Shown: positions 8,978-20,800 of the stretch, piece after piece | How positions within the stretch are numbered: the stretch's first letter is position 1 | How the letters are laid out: every line of letters starts with the position of its first letter | Assembly: GCA_963836755.1 (NCBI GenBank) | Contig: CAWIKF010000002.1 | Location: 256,001 to 320,000 of the forward strand | Reading direction: 5' to 3' | From: an uncultured Verrucomicrobiae bacterium | GTDB taxonomy: Bacteria; Verrucomicrobiota; Verrucomicrobiia; Chthoniobacterales; Chthoniobacteraceae | DNA length: 64,000 nt | The notes under the pieces: generated by a model | What the model was told of the DNA's origin: nothing | Seen by the model: only the letters and a program-made list of their open reading frames with translations | Database searches by the model: none | Position numbers and translations under genes: made by a program

Positions 8978-11846
8978 ATGTCAGAGATTCCGAAAACCTA
9001 TGAGCCCGCCGCCGTGGAGGAAAAGTGGTATGCCGATTGGCTCGCGCACGATTTTTTCACGGCCGACCCGCACTCCGCGAAGCCCGCGTATTCGATCGTC
9101 ATCCCGCCGCCAAACGTCACTGGCGTCCTCACGCTCGGCCATGTGCTGAACAACACCATCCAGGACATCCTCGCCCGCCGCGCGCGCATGCTCGGGCGCG
9201 AGGTGCTCTGGCTGCCCGGCACCGATCACGCGGGCATCGCCACGCAAACGGTCGTCGAGCGGACGTTGAAGAAGCAGGGCAAAATCCGGCATCGCGACGA
9301 CCTCGGTCGCGAAAAGTTCTTGGAGGAAGTCTGGAAATGGAAAGATGAAAAAGGCGGCATCATCATCCAGCAGCTCAAAAAACTCGGCTGCTCGTGCGAT
9401 TGGTCGCGCGAGCGCTTCACGATGGATGCGGAATACTCGCGGTGCGTGCAGCGCGTCTTCGTCGATCTTTATAAAAAAGGGTTGATCTATCGCGGCAAGC
9501 GGATGGTCAATTGGTGCCCCGTCTCGCTCACCGCGCTCAGCGACGAAGAAGTCATCATGAAGCCGCAGAACGGCACGATGTATTTTTTCAAAGTCGAGGT
9601 CGCGGAGCTGCCGGGCACCTTTTTGACCATCGCGACAACGCGGCCCGAGACGATCCCCGGCGACACCGCCATCGCCGTCAATCCGCGCGACACGCGCTAC
9701 GCGCATCTCCTCGGCAAACACGTCCGCCGTCCGCTGCCGATCCAGATTCCCGATGCGGAAAAGTTGATCCCGATCATCGGCGACGAGCACGTGGAGTTTG
9801 AGTTCGGCACCGGCGTCTTAAAAGTCACGCCCGCGCACGACAAAGCCGACTTTGAAATCGGCCAGCGGCACAACCTTGCCGTCGTCGACATCATGAATCC
9901 CGACGGCACCATGAACGCGCTCGCCGGCGAATCGCTCGCCGGCCTCGACCGCTTCGAGGCGCGCAACGTCGCCGTCGATCACCTGCGCGCGCTTGGCGTG
10001 CTCGTCAAAGAAGAGCCGTATCAAAACAACGTCGGCTACAGCGAACGCGCCGACGTGCCGATCGAGCCGCGTCTGAGCGAGCAATGGTTTTTGAAATATC
10101 CGAGCGTGGAAGAAGCGCGTGCATGCGTGGCGGGTGCCGCGATGCACTTTTACCCCGAGCGTTGGGCGAAAGTTTACGACCATTGGCTCGGCGGCATTCA
10201 GGACTGGTGCATCTCGCGTCAGCTCTGGTGGGGGCATCGCGTGCCGGTGTGGTATCGCCGGGGGGCCACTCAACAGGAAAACGGTGCGCAAAATGTCTCA
10301 AATCAAGGAGACGAGCAGGCACTTCAAGCCGAGGGAAAGTCACTTCAAAGCCAACAAAGGGCGGTTCAAGACAAAGAAAAGGCAGTTCAAAGCCTGGATC
10401 AGCCGCTCCAGCGCGTCGTGATGTCGCAGCCTTCAGATTTGAGTTCAGTTTCCTCATCCGTGACGCGTGAGATCCGCGTCGCAGTAGAACCGCCCGCCGA
10501 TCCGGAGAACTGGGAGCAAGACCCCGACGTGCTCGACACATGGTTCAGCTCGTGGCTTTGGCCCTTTGCGACGATGGGCTGGCCGGAGACAGACCGAGAC
10601 GCTGGCAAAGTTTTACCCGACCACCGACCTCGTCACCGGGCCGGACATCATTTTTTTCTGGGTCGCGCGAATGATCATGGCGGGGTTCGAGTGGATGGGC
10701 GAGATGCCGTTTCGCAACGTCTATTTCACCGGCATCATCCGCGACAAACAGGGCCGCAAAATGTCGAAGTCGCTCGGCAATTCGCCCGACCCGCTCGACC
10801 TCATCGCGAAGTTCGGCGCGGATGCGCTCCGCTTCGGCGTGATGCGCAGCGCGCCGCTCGGCGCCGACGTTTTGTTCGATGAAAAAAACGTCGAGCTCGG
10901 CCGGAACTTTTGCACAAAGCTCTGGAACGCCGCGCGTTTCCGCCAAATGCACGGCGGCGAAACAGAAGCCGAGATCGACCCCGCGCTGCTCACGAGCGAT
11001 GACAAATGGATCCTGCTGCGGCTCGATGCGGCCATTGCCGAAATCTCGGCGGCGCTCGACGAATACCGCTTCAGTGATGCGGCGCAGGCGATCCATCGCT
11101 TTTTCTGGAACGAGTTTTGCGATTGGTATCTCGAGGCGGCGAAGGCCGCGCTTTACGGGCCCGACGCCGCGCGAAAGGTAAACACGCTCGCCGTGATCGA
11201 TTTTACTCTCGCGCAGACGCTGCGGCTCATGCACCCGTTTTTGCCGTTCATCACCGAGGAGCTCTGGCACGCGCTCGGCTTCAATGCCGACATGCCCGAC
11301 GCGCAGGGCGGCCGCACGATTATGTTCGCGCCGTGGCCGACGCCGCTCGGCGTGGATTTCAAGACGCGCTACGGGCTCGACGAGTCGGATGAAAAGTTCG
11401 CGGCCGCGAAATATGCCGCCGTCGAGAAAGGCCGCGCGCTGCGGCGCGACGCGCACATCGCGAGCAACATGCGCACGCCATTCGTGCTGAAGCCGCACGC
11501 GCCGCTGCCGGAGCACGAGGCCGTGGTGCTGCGGATTTTGCTCAATGCCGAGCCGCTCGATGTTCTCGAAAGTTACGAAGCCCCGCGCGGGACGCCGGTC
11601 GCGTTGACGGACCTGGGTGAACTTTTCTTGCCGCTCGCCGGGCTCGTCGATGTGGACGCCGAGCGCGAGCGTTTGCAAAAAGAGACGGCGAAAGTGGAAG
11701 ACGAACTCGCGAAGGTTCGTGCGAAACTGGCGAACCCGAACTTCGCCGACAAAGTTCCGCCCGCGGTGCTCGCCGAGCATCGCCAGCGCGAAGTCGCGTG
11801 GGCGGAAAAGCTCGCGCAGCTCACGAAAATGCGCGACGCACTTTAG
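8978..11846 (+). CDS. valS: Valine--tRNA ligase; one +1 frameshift near 10589; ~68-aa insertion
   Basis: PPPNVTG..LGH, DWCISRQLWWGH, DVLDTWFSS, KMSKS and C-terminal coiled coil, split over ORFs 8786..10882 and 10566..11846. Confidence 0.97.
10299..10412 (+). repeat. Degenerate 21-bp tandem repeat (~6 units) encoding heptads inside valS
   Basis: TTCAA-like core at 10302 (atcaa), 10323, 10344, 10365, 10386 and 10407 (tccag), with exact 21-nt spacing. Confidence 0.8.
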
Positions 11847-11861
11847 CGCCCCTCCCGCTGT

Positions 11862-13172
11862 TTATTCTTTAACGCCGCGATACGAATCGCGCGCCGCGTC
11901 GTAGATAACCCGCAGCGGCTGTCCGGATTTTTCGCTCGCCGCGCGACAACTTTCAAACTCCGGCGCAACCTGAATAATCGTGCCGTCTTTTAAACCAAGT
12001 TTGACCACAATCTCGCCAAACGGCGTCGGCACGCTTTCAAAACGCCGCTCGAGTTTCAACCGCTGCACTTGATCCATGCGCACGCCGAATGACGTCGTCT
12101 CGGCGAAGACGATGTCGGCGATTTTCTGCACGCCATTGTTTTCGCAAAGCACGCTGAGCTGGACGCCGGGGCGATTCTTTTTCATGTGGATCGGCGTAAA
12201 AAAAACGTCGAGCGCGCCTGCGGCGAAAAGTTTCTCCATCGCCGCGCCGGTGATCTCGGGCGAAAGATCATCGATGTTCGTCTCGATGCGCGTGATCGTG
12301 TCGGTCCCGCAGCCGCCCGCGGCGTCGAGCTCGCCGAGCACCGCGCGCAGCACGTTCGGCCGGTCGGGAAAGGTGCGCGAGCCGACGCCGTAGCCGATTT
12401 TCTCGATTTTCATCCGCGGCATCGGCCCGAACTTTTCCGCGAACTCCGCGACGATCGCCGCTCCGGTCGGCGTGATCATTTCAAAACGGAGATCGATTTG
12501 CTCGAGCGCGATGCCTTGCAAAATCCCTAGTGTCGCCGGCGCAGGCACCGGAAAACGCCCGTGCGCGGTGTGAGTAAATCCGCGTCCGTCAACCAGCGGC
12601 GCGACAAAGATGCGCTCGACGCCGAGCGCCTCGATTCCCGCGCAAACGCAGATCACATCAGCGATGGAGTCGAGCCCGCCTACTTCATGAAAGACGACGT
12701 CGTCTGTTTTGATGCCGTGGATTTTTCCTTCCGCGACGGCGATGCGCGCGAACATGGACAAAGCATGTTGTTTAATAAACGCCGACAGGTCGCTCGCCTC
12801 GAGCAGCGCCTTGATCTCGCGGTAGCTGCGCGTCTGCTCGTCGTGATGATGATGCCCGGAATGTTCGTGCGAATGCTCATGACCATGATGCTCGTGGCCG
12901 TGATGTTCCTCTGTTTCGTGCGCGCATTTTTGGTGATGCAAATGATCGTGCTCCCCCGGCTCGTGCGTGTGCGTCGCGCCTTCGTGGATGCCGAATTTCA
13001 CGCCGTCAATGTGTTGCCGCGACTGCCGCTCGAAGTGCATGTGAAAGTCGCCGATCTCGAGCTTCGAGAGCTCCCACTCGAACGCGGAAGGTTTCACGCC
13101 GAGGTCGCAAAGCGCGCCGACCGTCATGTCGCCGCTGATGCCGGAAAAACAATCGAGAAAGAGAACGCGCAT
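11862..13172 (-). CDS. larC: Nickel-pincer cofactor biosynthesis protein LarC
   Basis: DCFSGISGDM, His-rich linker, FHEVG, HGRFPVPAPAT, TPTGAAI, ETNIDD, MKKNRPG, PEFE. Confidence 0.93.
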   Translation of the reverse strand: MRVLFLDCFSGISGDMTVGALCDLGVKPSAFEWELSKLEIGDFHMHFERQSRQHIDGVKFGIHEGATHTHEPGEHDHLHHQKCAHETEEHHGHEHHGHEHSHEHSGHHHHDEQTRSYREIKALLEASDLSAFIKQHALSMFARIAVAEGKIHGIKTDDVVFHEVGGLDSIADVICVCAGIEALGVERIFVAPLVDGRGFTHTAHGRFPVPAPATLGILQGIALEQIDLRFEMITPTGAAIVAEFAEKFGPMPRMKIEKIGYGVGSRTFPDRPNVLRAVLGELDAAGGCGTDTITRIETNIDDLSPEITGAAMEKLFAAGALDVFFTPIHMKKNRPGVQLSVLCENNGVQKIADIVFAETTSFGVRMDQVQRLKLERRFESVPTPFGEIVVKLGLKDGTIIQVAPEFESCRAASEKSGQPLRVIYDAARDSYRGVKE

Positions 13173-13283
13173 GCGCGAAGCTTCCACGCGGTCGCGGAAA
13201 TTTCACTGCTTTTGTTCCCGCTCGCGCGAACGTCACTTTGCAAAAGCCGCAATTCGGTTCAATCTCACGCTTCTTTTTTTAAG

Positions 13284-14750
13284 ATGGATTCCGAACAGCC
13301 ACTGCACGATCTCATCGCCGTCCGCCGGCAGAAGCTCGCGTCGCTCCGCGAGCTCGGCGTGGAGCCGTTTGGCGGGAAATTTGAAACCAGCGGCACGATC
13401 GCGGAAATCCGCGCGCGCTTCGCGGAAGGCAACCATGAAAAGATCGCCGGCCGCGTGACCGCGCACCGCGACATGGGCAAAAGTCACTTCCTCGATTTGA
13501 GCGACGCGAGCGGCCGGATGCAGATTTTTGTGAACGCGAAAGAGATTGGGCCGGAGCAACTGGAGGTTTTCAAACTCCTCGACCTCGCGGACTTTATCGG
13601 CGTCGAGGGCGAGACTTTTCTGACGAAAACAGGCGAGCCGAGCGTGCGCGCCAAAAGTTTAACATTCTTAAGCAAAGCGCTGCGGCCGATGCCAGGCGGC
13701 TGGTATGGCCTCGCCGATGTCGAGCAGCGCTACCGGCAGCGTTACCTCGACTTGATCGCGAATGAAAAATCGCGCGAGGTTTTCAAAAAACGGATCGCGA
13801 TCGTGCGGGGCATCCGCGACTTTTTGCACGCGCGCGGCTTCATCGAGGTCGAGACGCCGATGATGCAGACTGTCGCCGGCGGCGCAGCGGCGCAACCGTT
13901 TCGCACGCATCACAACGCGCTCGGGCTCGATCTTTTTCTGCGCATCGCGCCGGAGCTTTATTTAAAGAGATTGCTCGTCGGCGGCTTCGACAAAATCTTT
14001 GAGCTGAATCGAAATTTCCGCAACGAAGGCATCTCGCGCCGCCACAATCCAGAGTTCACGATGCTCGAGGCGTATTGGGCTTTTGCCGATTTCGAGCAGA
14101 TGGCCGAGCTGGTGGAGGAGATGATCTGCACGCTCGCGGAGAAAGTTTGCGGCGGATTGAAAATCGAGCATCGCGATGCGGACGGAAGCGTCGTGCGCAC
14201 GATCGATCTTTCGCGCCCGTGGCGCCGGAAGCCTTATCGCGACTTGATTCGCGAGGCAGCGGGTGGGAATTGGTTTGAAATCACGAGCGAACAGCGACGT
14301 GCGCGGGCGGGCGAACTCGGCGTGCAAATTTCTCCCGAGATGGCGGACTTTGAAGTGACGCAGCAGGTCTTTGAAAAGCTCGTGGAGGAAAAAACTTTTG
14401 ACCCGCTTTTCGTGACGCATTGCCCGAAGGAATTGGTTCCGCTCGCGAAGCAAAATCGCGACGACAGCTCGCTCGTCGATGTCTATGAACTGGTCATCAA
14501 CGGCCAGGAAATTTCGCCCGGTTATTCCGAGCTCAATGATCCGATCGTCCAGCGCGAGCGGCTCGAACATCAGGCCGGCGAGGAGCAGCAAAACATCGAT
14601 GAGGATTTCCTCGCGGCTCTTGAACACGGCATGCCGCCGGCGGGCGGAATCGGCATCGGCATTGATCGGCTGGTCATGATGCTGACGGGCGCGGAGTCGA
14701 TCCGCGACGTGATCTTTTTCCCGCATCTCAAGCCAAAATCGGACGCGTAA
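13284..14750 (+). CDS. lysS: Lysine--tRNA ligase (class II)
   Basis: RYRQRYLDL, EVETPMM, LRIAPELYLK, HNPEFTMLE, GMPPAGGIGIGIDRL; ATG 13284. Confidence 0.98.
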   Translation: MDSEQPLHDLIAVRRQKLASLRELGVEPFGGKFETSGTIAEIRARFAEGNHEKIAGRVTAHRDMGKSHFLDLSDASGRMQIFVNAKEIGPEQLEVFKLLDLADFIGVEGETFLTKTGEPSVRAKSLTFLSKALRPMPGGWYGLADVEQRYRQRYLDLIANEKSREVFKKRIAIVRGIRDFLHARGFIEVETPMMQTVAGGAAAQPFRTHHNALGLDLFLRIAPELYLKRLLVGGFDKIFELNRNFRNEGISRRHNPEFTMLEAYWAFADFEQMAELVEEMICTLAEKVCGGLKIEHRDADGSVVRTIDLSRPWRRKPYRDLIREAAGGNWFEITSEQRRARAGELGVQISPEMADFEVTQQVFEKLVEEKTFDPLFVTHCPKELVPLAKQNRDDSSLVDVYELVINGQEISPGYSELNDPIVQRERLEHQAGEEQQNIDEDFLAALEHGMPPAGGIGIGIDRLVMMLTGAESIRDVIFFPHLKPKSDA

Positions 14751-14753
14751 ATT

Positions 14754-16052
14754 TTGAAACTCCCGTTCAGCCTTTTTCTCGCGCTCCGTTATCTCAAGCC
14801 GAAACGGACCTTCGTCTCGATCATCACGCTCATCTCGATCCTCGGCGTCACCGTCGGCATCATGGTGCTCATTATCGTCATCGCGGTGATGACCGGTTTC
14901 GACCATGAGCTGCGGGAAAAAGTGCTCGGGTTCGAGCCGCACATCACGGTCAGCAACGGCGGAGTGTTGAACGACTGGCGCACGCTCAAAAAGCAGATCG
15001 AGGCTACGCCTGGCGTCATCGCCGTTGCGCCATTCGTGCAGGGACCGGTCATCGCGGAGCACGGCGACCAGACCGACACGCCGATCGTGCGCGGCGTCGA
15101 TCTCGACCAGGAGGAAAAAATCACCGAGCTTCGCAAGCTCGTGAAGCCGGGCGATGGCGAGTTCGATTTGAGCGGCGACACCGTGGTGATTGGGAAAGAT
15201 CTCGCCGATACCCTCCACGTCAATCTTGGCGACGAGATCACCATTTACGCGCCGGGAAACATCCGCGGGATTCTGGACGAGATGAAAAAGGCGGGTGACG
15301 ATCCGAAGAAAAATTCCAAGACGCTCGCGGAGCTGAAAGAGGAAGTCGTGATCCCGCAGCCGCTCACCGTCACCGGCATTTTTTCCTCCGGCCGCTACAT
15401 TTACGACTCCAGCGTCCTCTTCGTCTCGCTCAGCGTCGGACAGGAACTTTACTCGCTGCGCGACGGCGTCCACGGCCTTTCGGTCGAGACGAGCGATCCG
15501 TATCGCGCTGAGGAAATGAAGAATCGCCTCAACGCCGAGCTGCCGCCGCCGGCTTACGCGGAGACTTGGATCGACCGCAATCGCGACCTCTTCGACGCCA
15601 TCCGCGTCGAGCGCAATGTCATGTTCATCATCCTGCTTTTCATCAGCCTCGTCGCCTCGTTTTGCGTCATGAACACGCTCATCACCGTCACTGTGATGAA
15701 GACGCGCGAGATCGGCATCATGAAAGCGCTCGGCGCCACCACCGGGCAGATTGTCTGGGTTTTTCTCGCGCAGGGAATGGTCGTCGGCATCTTTGGAAAC
15801 CTCACCGGTCTCGCGCTAGGCATGACGCTGATCCGCTTTCGCAACGAATTCCGCGACTGGCTCGCGGCGACGCTTCACATCCAGATTTTTCCCGCCGACA
15901 TTTACCAATTCAGCAAAATCCCCGCCGTCATTGTCCCGCGCGACGTCGCGATCATCTGCTGCACGGCGTTCGCCTTTTGCTCTCTCGCCGCGCTCATCCC
16001 CGCCTGGGTCGCCGCACGGCTCGATCCGGTAAAAGCCTTGCGCTACGAGTAA
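14754..16052 (+). CDS. lolE: Lipoprotein-releasing ABC permease, LolC/E family
   Basis: ALRYLKPKR, IVIAVMTGF, KTREIGIMKALGA, AARLDPVKALRYE; TTG start. Confidence 0.9.
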   Translation: MKLPFSLFLALRYLKPKRTFVSIITLISILGVTVGIMVLIIVIAVMTGFDHELREKVLGFEPHITVSNGGVLNDWRTLKKQIEATPGVIAVAPFVQGPVIAEHGDQTDTPIVRGVDLDQEEKITELRKLVKPGDGEFDLSGDTVVIGKDLADTLHVNLGDEITIYAPGNIRGILDEMKKAGDDPKKNSKTLAELKEEVVIPQPLTVTGIFSSGRYIYDSSVLFVSLSVGQELYSLRDGVHGLSVETSDPYRAEEMKNRLNAELPPPAYAETWIDRNRDLFDAIRVERNVMFIILLFISLVASFCVMNTLITVTVMKTREIGIMKALGATTGQIVWVFLAQGMVVGIFGNLTGLALGMTLIRFRNEFRDWLAATLHIQIFPADIYQFSKIPAVIVPRDVAIICCTAFAFCSLAALIPAWVAARLDPVKALRYE

Positions 16053-16113
16053 AAGTTCGAGCTGTTGAAAAGCGGGAGCATCGCCTGCCGATCCCCGATT
16101 TTTTTGAAAGATT

Positions 16114-17826
16114 TCAGTCGGCGAACAGCGACGTGACTTGAAGTTTGACCGCATCGATCAGCCCCTGATCCGTCAATTTCAAGGCCGGAATCGGCGAGAG
16201 GCTGAGAAAGGACAAAGTCATGAACGGCGCATCAAGCGGGCAGCCGAGGCTCGCAGCCGCGGCATTCAACGCGTCTATTTTCTCGATGACAATCTCCAGC
16301 GGCTCGCTTGAAACAAGCCCCGCCACCGGCAACGGCAGGCTCGCGATCTCCTCGCCATCCGCTACGGCAATCTGCCCACCGCCCATTTTTTCCAGCGCCT
16401 CGATCGCGGCCGCGATGTCCGCATCGTCCACGCCGGCGACCACAACGTTGTGCGCATCGTGCGCGACGGTCGAACCAATCGCGCCGCGCTGCAGCGCAAA
16501 GCCGCGCACAAAGCCGACACCGACATTTCCCGTCGCGCGATGCCGCTCGACGACGACGAGTTTTAAAATGTCGCGCGCGATGTCCGACACGACTTCGCCG
16601 CCGTCGATTTTCGGCGCGAGCAAAAGTTCGTTCGTGATGATTTGGTGCGGGACGATCTCGATGACTTTGATTTTTTTTCCGTCCCGCGCGGCGACTTTTA
16701 AATCCGCATCGCCGCACCAGCGCAGGTTCATCGTGCGGCGCGGCTGCTCGGGCGCAGGCTGCGCTGCGCCGAGATATTTTCCATCCTCGGCGACGAGAAT
16801 TCCTTTTTTATAAACACGCCGCACCGCGAACTTTTCCAAATCATCGAGCACGATGAAATCTGCCCAAAAACGCGGTGCAATCGCGCCATGATTTTTCAAA
16901 CGGTAATGCCGCGCGGTGTTGATGCTGCCCATTTGAATGGCGGTGATCGGCGCGATGCCGAGTGAGATCGCCTTGCGAATCGAGTGGTCGATGTGGCCTT
17001 CCTCGACGAGGTCGCCGGGAAGTTTGTCGTCGGTCGCGAAGGAGCAATTCGCGGAATTTTCCGGCGTCACCAGCGCGATGATGTGTTCGAGATTGCGCTC
17101 GGTGCTGCCTTCGCGCACGAGCAGGTGCATGCCGAGCCGCAGCTTTTCGCGCGCCTCGTCGAGCTCGGTGCTTTCATGATCGGAGCGAATGCCGGCGAGC
17201 GCGTAGGCGTTGAGATTTTTTCCGCGCAAGCCCGGCGCGTGGCCGTCGATCGCTTTTCCTTTGCCCGCGCGAATTTTCGCGAGCTCGCTTTCGTGGCCGA
17301 GAAAAACGCCGGGATAATTCATCAGCTCCGCGATGCCGGCGATGCGCTCGTCATCGATCATCAAGCGCAAATCGTCCGCCGTCAGCCGCGCGCCGGCCGT
17401 CTCGAGATGCGTCGCCGGAATGCACGACGGCAGCATGATGAAAAAATCGATCGGTAAATCCTTGCTCGTGTGCAGCACGTAGCGGATGCCGTCGAGGCCG
17501 AGCACGTTCGCGAATTCGTGCGGATCGATGACCATCGCCGCGGTGCCGTGCGGCACAACCGCGCGCACGAATTCCGGAAAAGTGACCATCGAACTTTCGA
17601 CGTGGAAATGGCCGTCGATCAGCGCCGGCGCGAGAAATGCGCCATCGAGATCGATGATTTCGCGTGCGTCGTAATCGCCAAATCCGATGATGCGCCCATC
17701 ATCCACGGCAACATTTTCCGAATAAATTTCGCCGCTGAAAACATTGACGAGTTGCGCGTGTTTAAAAAGTTGTTGCGCAGGTTTTTCACCGCGCGCGATC
17801 GCGAGTTTGTCCTCGAGATTTCTCAT
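16114..17826 (-). CDS. ade: Adenine deaminase
   Basis: IDGHFHVESS, DPHE, IDGHAP, SDHE, REGS, TDD, VAHDAHN, FLSLSPIP. Confidence 0.95.
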   Translation of the reverse strand: MRNLEDKLAIARGEKPAQQLFKHAQLVNVFSGEIYSENVAVDDGRIIGFGDYDAREIIDLDGAFLAPALIDGHFHVESSMVTFPEFVRAVVPHGTAAMVIDPHEFANVLGLDGIRYVLHTSKDLPIDFFIMLPSCIPATHLETAGARLTADDLRLMIDDERIAGIAELMNYPGVFLGHESELAKIRAGKGKAIDGHAPGLRGKNLNAYALAGIRSDHESTELDEAREKLRLGMHLLVREGSTERNLEHIIALVTPENSANCSFATDDKLPGDLVEEGHIDHSIRKAISLGIAPITAIQMGSINTARHYRLKNHGAIAPRFWADFIVLDDLEKFAVRRVYKKGILVAEDGKYLGAAQPAPEQPRRTMNLRWCGDADLKVAARDGKKIKVIEIVPHQIITNELLLAPKIDGGEVVSDIARDILKLVVVERHRATGNVGVGFVRGFALQRGAIGSTVAHDAHNVVVAGVDDADIAAAIEALEKMGGGQIAVADGEEIASLPLPVAGLVSSEPLEIVIEKIDALNAAAASLGCPLDAPFMTLSFLSLSPIPALKLTDQGLIDAVKLQVTSLFAD

Positions 17827-20800
17827 TCTTTTGCCCGCTGTTGCTGGATCGCCGCGAAAATTGCTTCGCCGGTCGCGGGCGAATCCAAGGCGACTTCGCC
17901 CCCTTTTCCAAATGCAGCCACGGCGTCGCGAATCGCCTCGCGCACGGAAATCGCGAGCATCAGCGGCGGTTCGCCGACGGCCTTGCTGCCGTGGATCGTA
18001 TTCGGCTGCGTGGCATCTTTCAAAAACGCCACGTTAAACACGCGTGGCATGTCGCCGACTGCCGGAATTTTGTAAGTGTCGGGCGAATGCGTGAGCAGCC
18101 GCCCCTGCGCATCCCACGTCAATTTTTCCACGGTCAGCCAGCCGAGTCCTTGCACGAAGCCGCCTTCCACCTGCCCGCGCGCGACGCCTTCGTTGATCGC
18201 GTCGCCGACGTCGTGCAAAATATCCGCGCGCAAAACCTGCATCGCGCCGGTGAAGCCATCGATCTCAACTTCGGTGACCGCCGCGCCGACGGCGAAATAA
18301 TGAAACGGTTTTCCGCGCCCGTTTTCCGCGTCGTAAAAAATATCCGGCGTTCGGTAAAAGCCGGTCGCGCTGAGGCTGACGCGCGCGAAATACGCTGCGC
18401 GCAACGCTTCGGCGAAAGTCGCGTGAGTTTTTAAAAATGGCTCGAGCCGCTCGCGCAAAATGTCGCACGCGTTTTTCACCGCCGCGCCATTGAGGTCCGT
18501 GCCGCATGACGCGGCGGTCGCGGAGGTGTTCGGAACTTTGTCCGTGCGCGTCGCCATCACGCGCACGTGCTCGACGGGAATTCCGAATTCCTTCGCGGCG
18601 ATCATCGCGACGTTTGTGTTGATTCCCTGCCCCATTTCGGTGCCGCCGTGATTCACCTGCACGGTGCCGTCCTGATAAAGCAGCACGAGCGCGCCGGCTT
18701 GATTCAGATGCGTGGTCGTGAAGGAAATGCCGAATTTCACCGGCGTGATCGCAAGCCCGCGCTTGCGGTGCGGCTGACCGGAATTCCATTGCGCGATTTC
18801 CGCGCGGCGGCTCGCGAAGCCGCTTGTTTCCTTGATCTCCGACCAAATGCGCCGGATGCGGTTGTCCTCGATTTCCTGTCCGTAATGCGTCGTGTTCGTC
18901 TCGCCGGAGCCGCGATACAAATTCCGCTCGCGCACTTCCTCCGGCGGCAAATCGAGCTGCCGCGCGATGCGGTCGAAAATTTCCTCGATGACGAGCATTC
19001 CCTGCGGTCCGCCGAATCCGCGGAACGCCGTGTTCGATGCGAGATTCGTTTTCACCACGCGTCCGCTGAATTCCACGTTTGGGATGTAATAAGCGTTATC
19101 GAGATGAAAAAGTGCGCGGTCGCAAATCGCGCGTGAAAGGTCGAGCGACCAGCCGCCATTCGCGAACAGCTCGACTTTCGCCGCGAGCAACATTCCGCGT
19201 TTGTCAAAGCCGACGTCGAACTTCGCGAGAAACGGATGCCGCTTGCCCGTGATCATCATGTCCTGGTCGCGATTGTAGCGGATGCGCACCCGCCGCCCGG
19301 TGCGCGATGCAGCCAGCGCCGCGAGCACCGCCGGCCCAGCCGCCTGCGTTTCCTTGCCGCCGAATCCGCCGCCCATCCGCGTGATTTGCACGACCACGCG
19401 ATTCATCGGCAGATCGAGCGCGTGCGCGATTGCGAGCTGCACTTCGGACGGATGCTGCGTCGAGGAATGCACTAAAATCGTCCCGTCCTCGCCGCATTCC
19501 GCCCACGCCGCCTGCATCTCGAGGTAAAAATGATCCTGCCCGCCCATCGAAAATTCGCCGCGGAATTTTTTCGGCGCAGTCGACGAGAGCCTCTGCAGCA
19601 TCTCCACGCCGGATGAAATGCGGATCGCTGTGGAAAAGATTTTGCGCGACCGCCTCCTCGATTTCGAAAACCGGCGGCAGCGGCTCGTATTCGACCACCA
19701 CTTTTTCGGCTGCCGCGCGGCATTGCTCCTCCGTCTCGCCGACCACCAGCGCGACGAGCTGGCCGTGATAGGAAATCTCGTCTGTGCGCGAGCAAAACTT
19801 CGTCATGCCGCACGGGCCCGACATCGTTCAGCCCGGGAATATCCTCCGCGAGCAAAACCACGCGAATGCCCGCCATTGCTTGCGCGGCGGACACATCGCG
19901 TTTTAAAATCCGCGCGCGCGCGTGCGGCGCGCAGACCGGCCAAACCTCGAGCATTCCCGCCGTTTCATCGTCCACATAAATCGCCTCGCCGGTCACATGT
20001 TTGTGGCCGCTTTCATGCGGAATCGAGCGCAAAACTGGCGCAGTCGCGACAGCCAACGGCGCGGAATTTTTTGCGGAAAAATCTTCGTGAAAAAACTTTT
20101 CCAGCAAGCTCGCGATCATCTCCGACCGATATTTCGCGCTGCCGCGCACATCGGTGATCGGTGTAAATTCCGTGCGCAAAATCGGCAGCACTTTTTGCAG
20201 CGTCTCCTCGTTCCAGATTTTTCCAGTCAGCGCCTGCTCCGTTTTTTGCGCGCGCACCGGGGTCGCCGCGACACCGCCGTAAGCCAGTCGCGCCTTGCGA
20301 ACGAAATTTTGTGCGTCGAGTTTCAGCGCGAAGCAGCCGGCGACCGTGCTGATATCCATCTCGCGCCTGCGCGAAACTTTGTAAAACATGCGTCGCGCGC
20401 CGTCGCCGCGCGGCAGCACGATCGTCTTCAAAATTTCGCCGGGCTGCAGCGCCGTCTTGCGATACGCGACAAAAAATTCATCGAGCGGAATCGTCCGCTC
20501 ACCGCGCGCGGAGGCGAGCACGAGCTTCGTTTCAAACGAGAGCAGCAGCGGCGCTGAGTCGCCGATGGGCGAAGCGGTGACGAGGTTGCCTCCCATCGTT
20601 GCGCGGTTCCGGATTTGCCGAGAGCCGAACCACCAAAGCATTTCCTTGAGAGCCGGAAATTCTCCGCCGAGGTTTTCAAGAACGTTGGTCAGATTCACCG
20701 CGGCGCCGATGCGCCACTCGCGTTCGTCCTGTTCGAGCGATTGCAGGTCCGGGATCGCTTCGAGCGAAATCCAGGTCGGAAGCTTTTTGAAGTATTTCGA

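Noticed and set aside
10299..10412. CRISPR array or intein in valS
   Set aside because: Units are 21 nt, degenerate and in frame, with no repeat-spacer structure, cas genes or intein termini
10580..10600. Programmed frameshift or pseudogene in valS
   Set aside because: No slippery sequence, the gene is essential, and it shows the same +1 signature as six other sites; an error is more parsimonious
13962..15473. Long antisense ORFs (also 7765..9003, 34335..35510, 42895..44163, and the extended N-termini at 12561 and 46843)
   Set aside because: Shadow frames of real genes in GC-rich DNA, with no motifs
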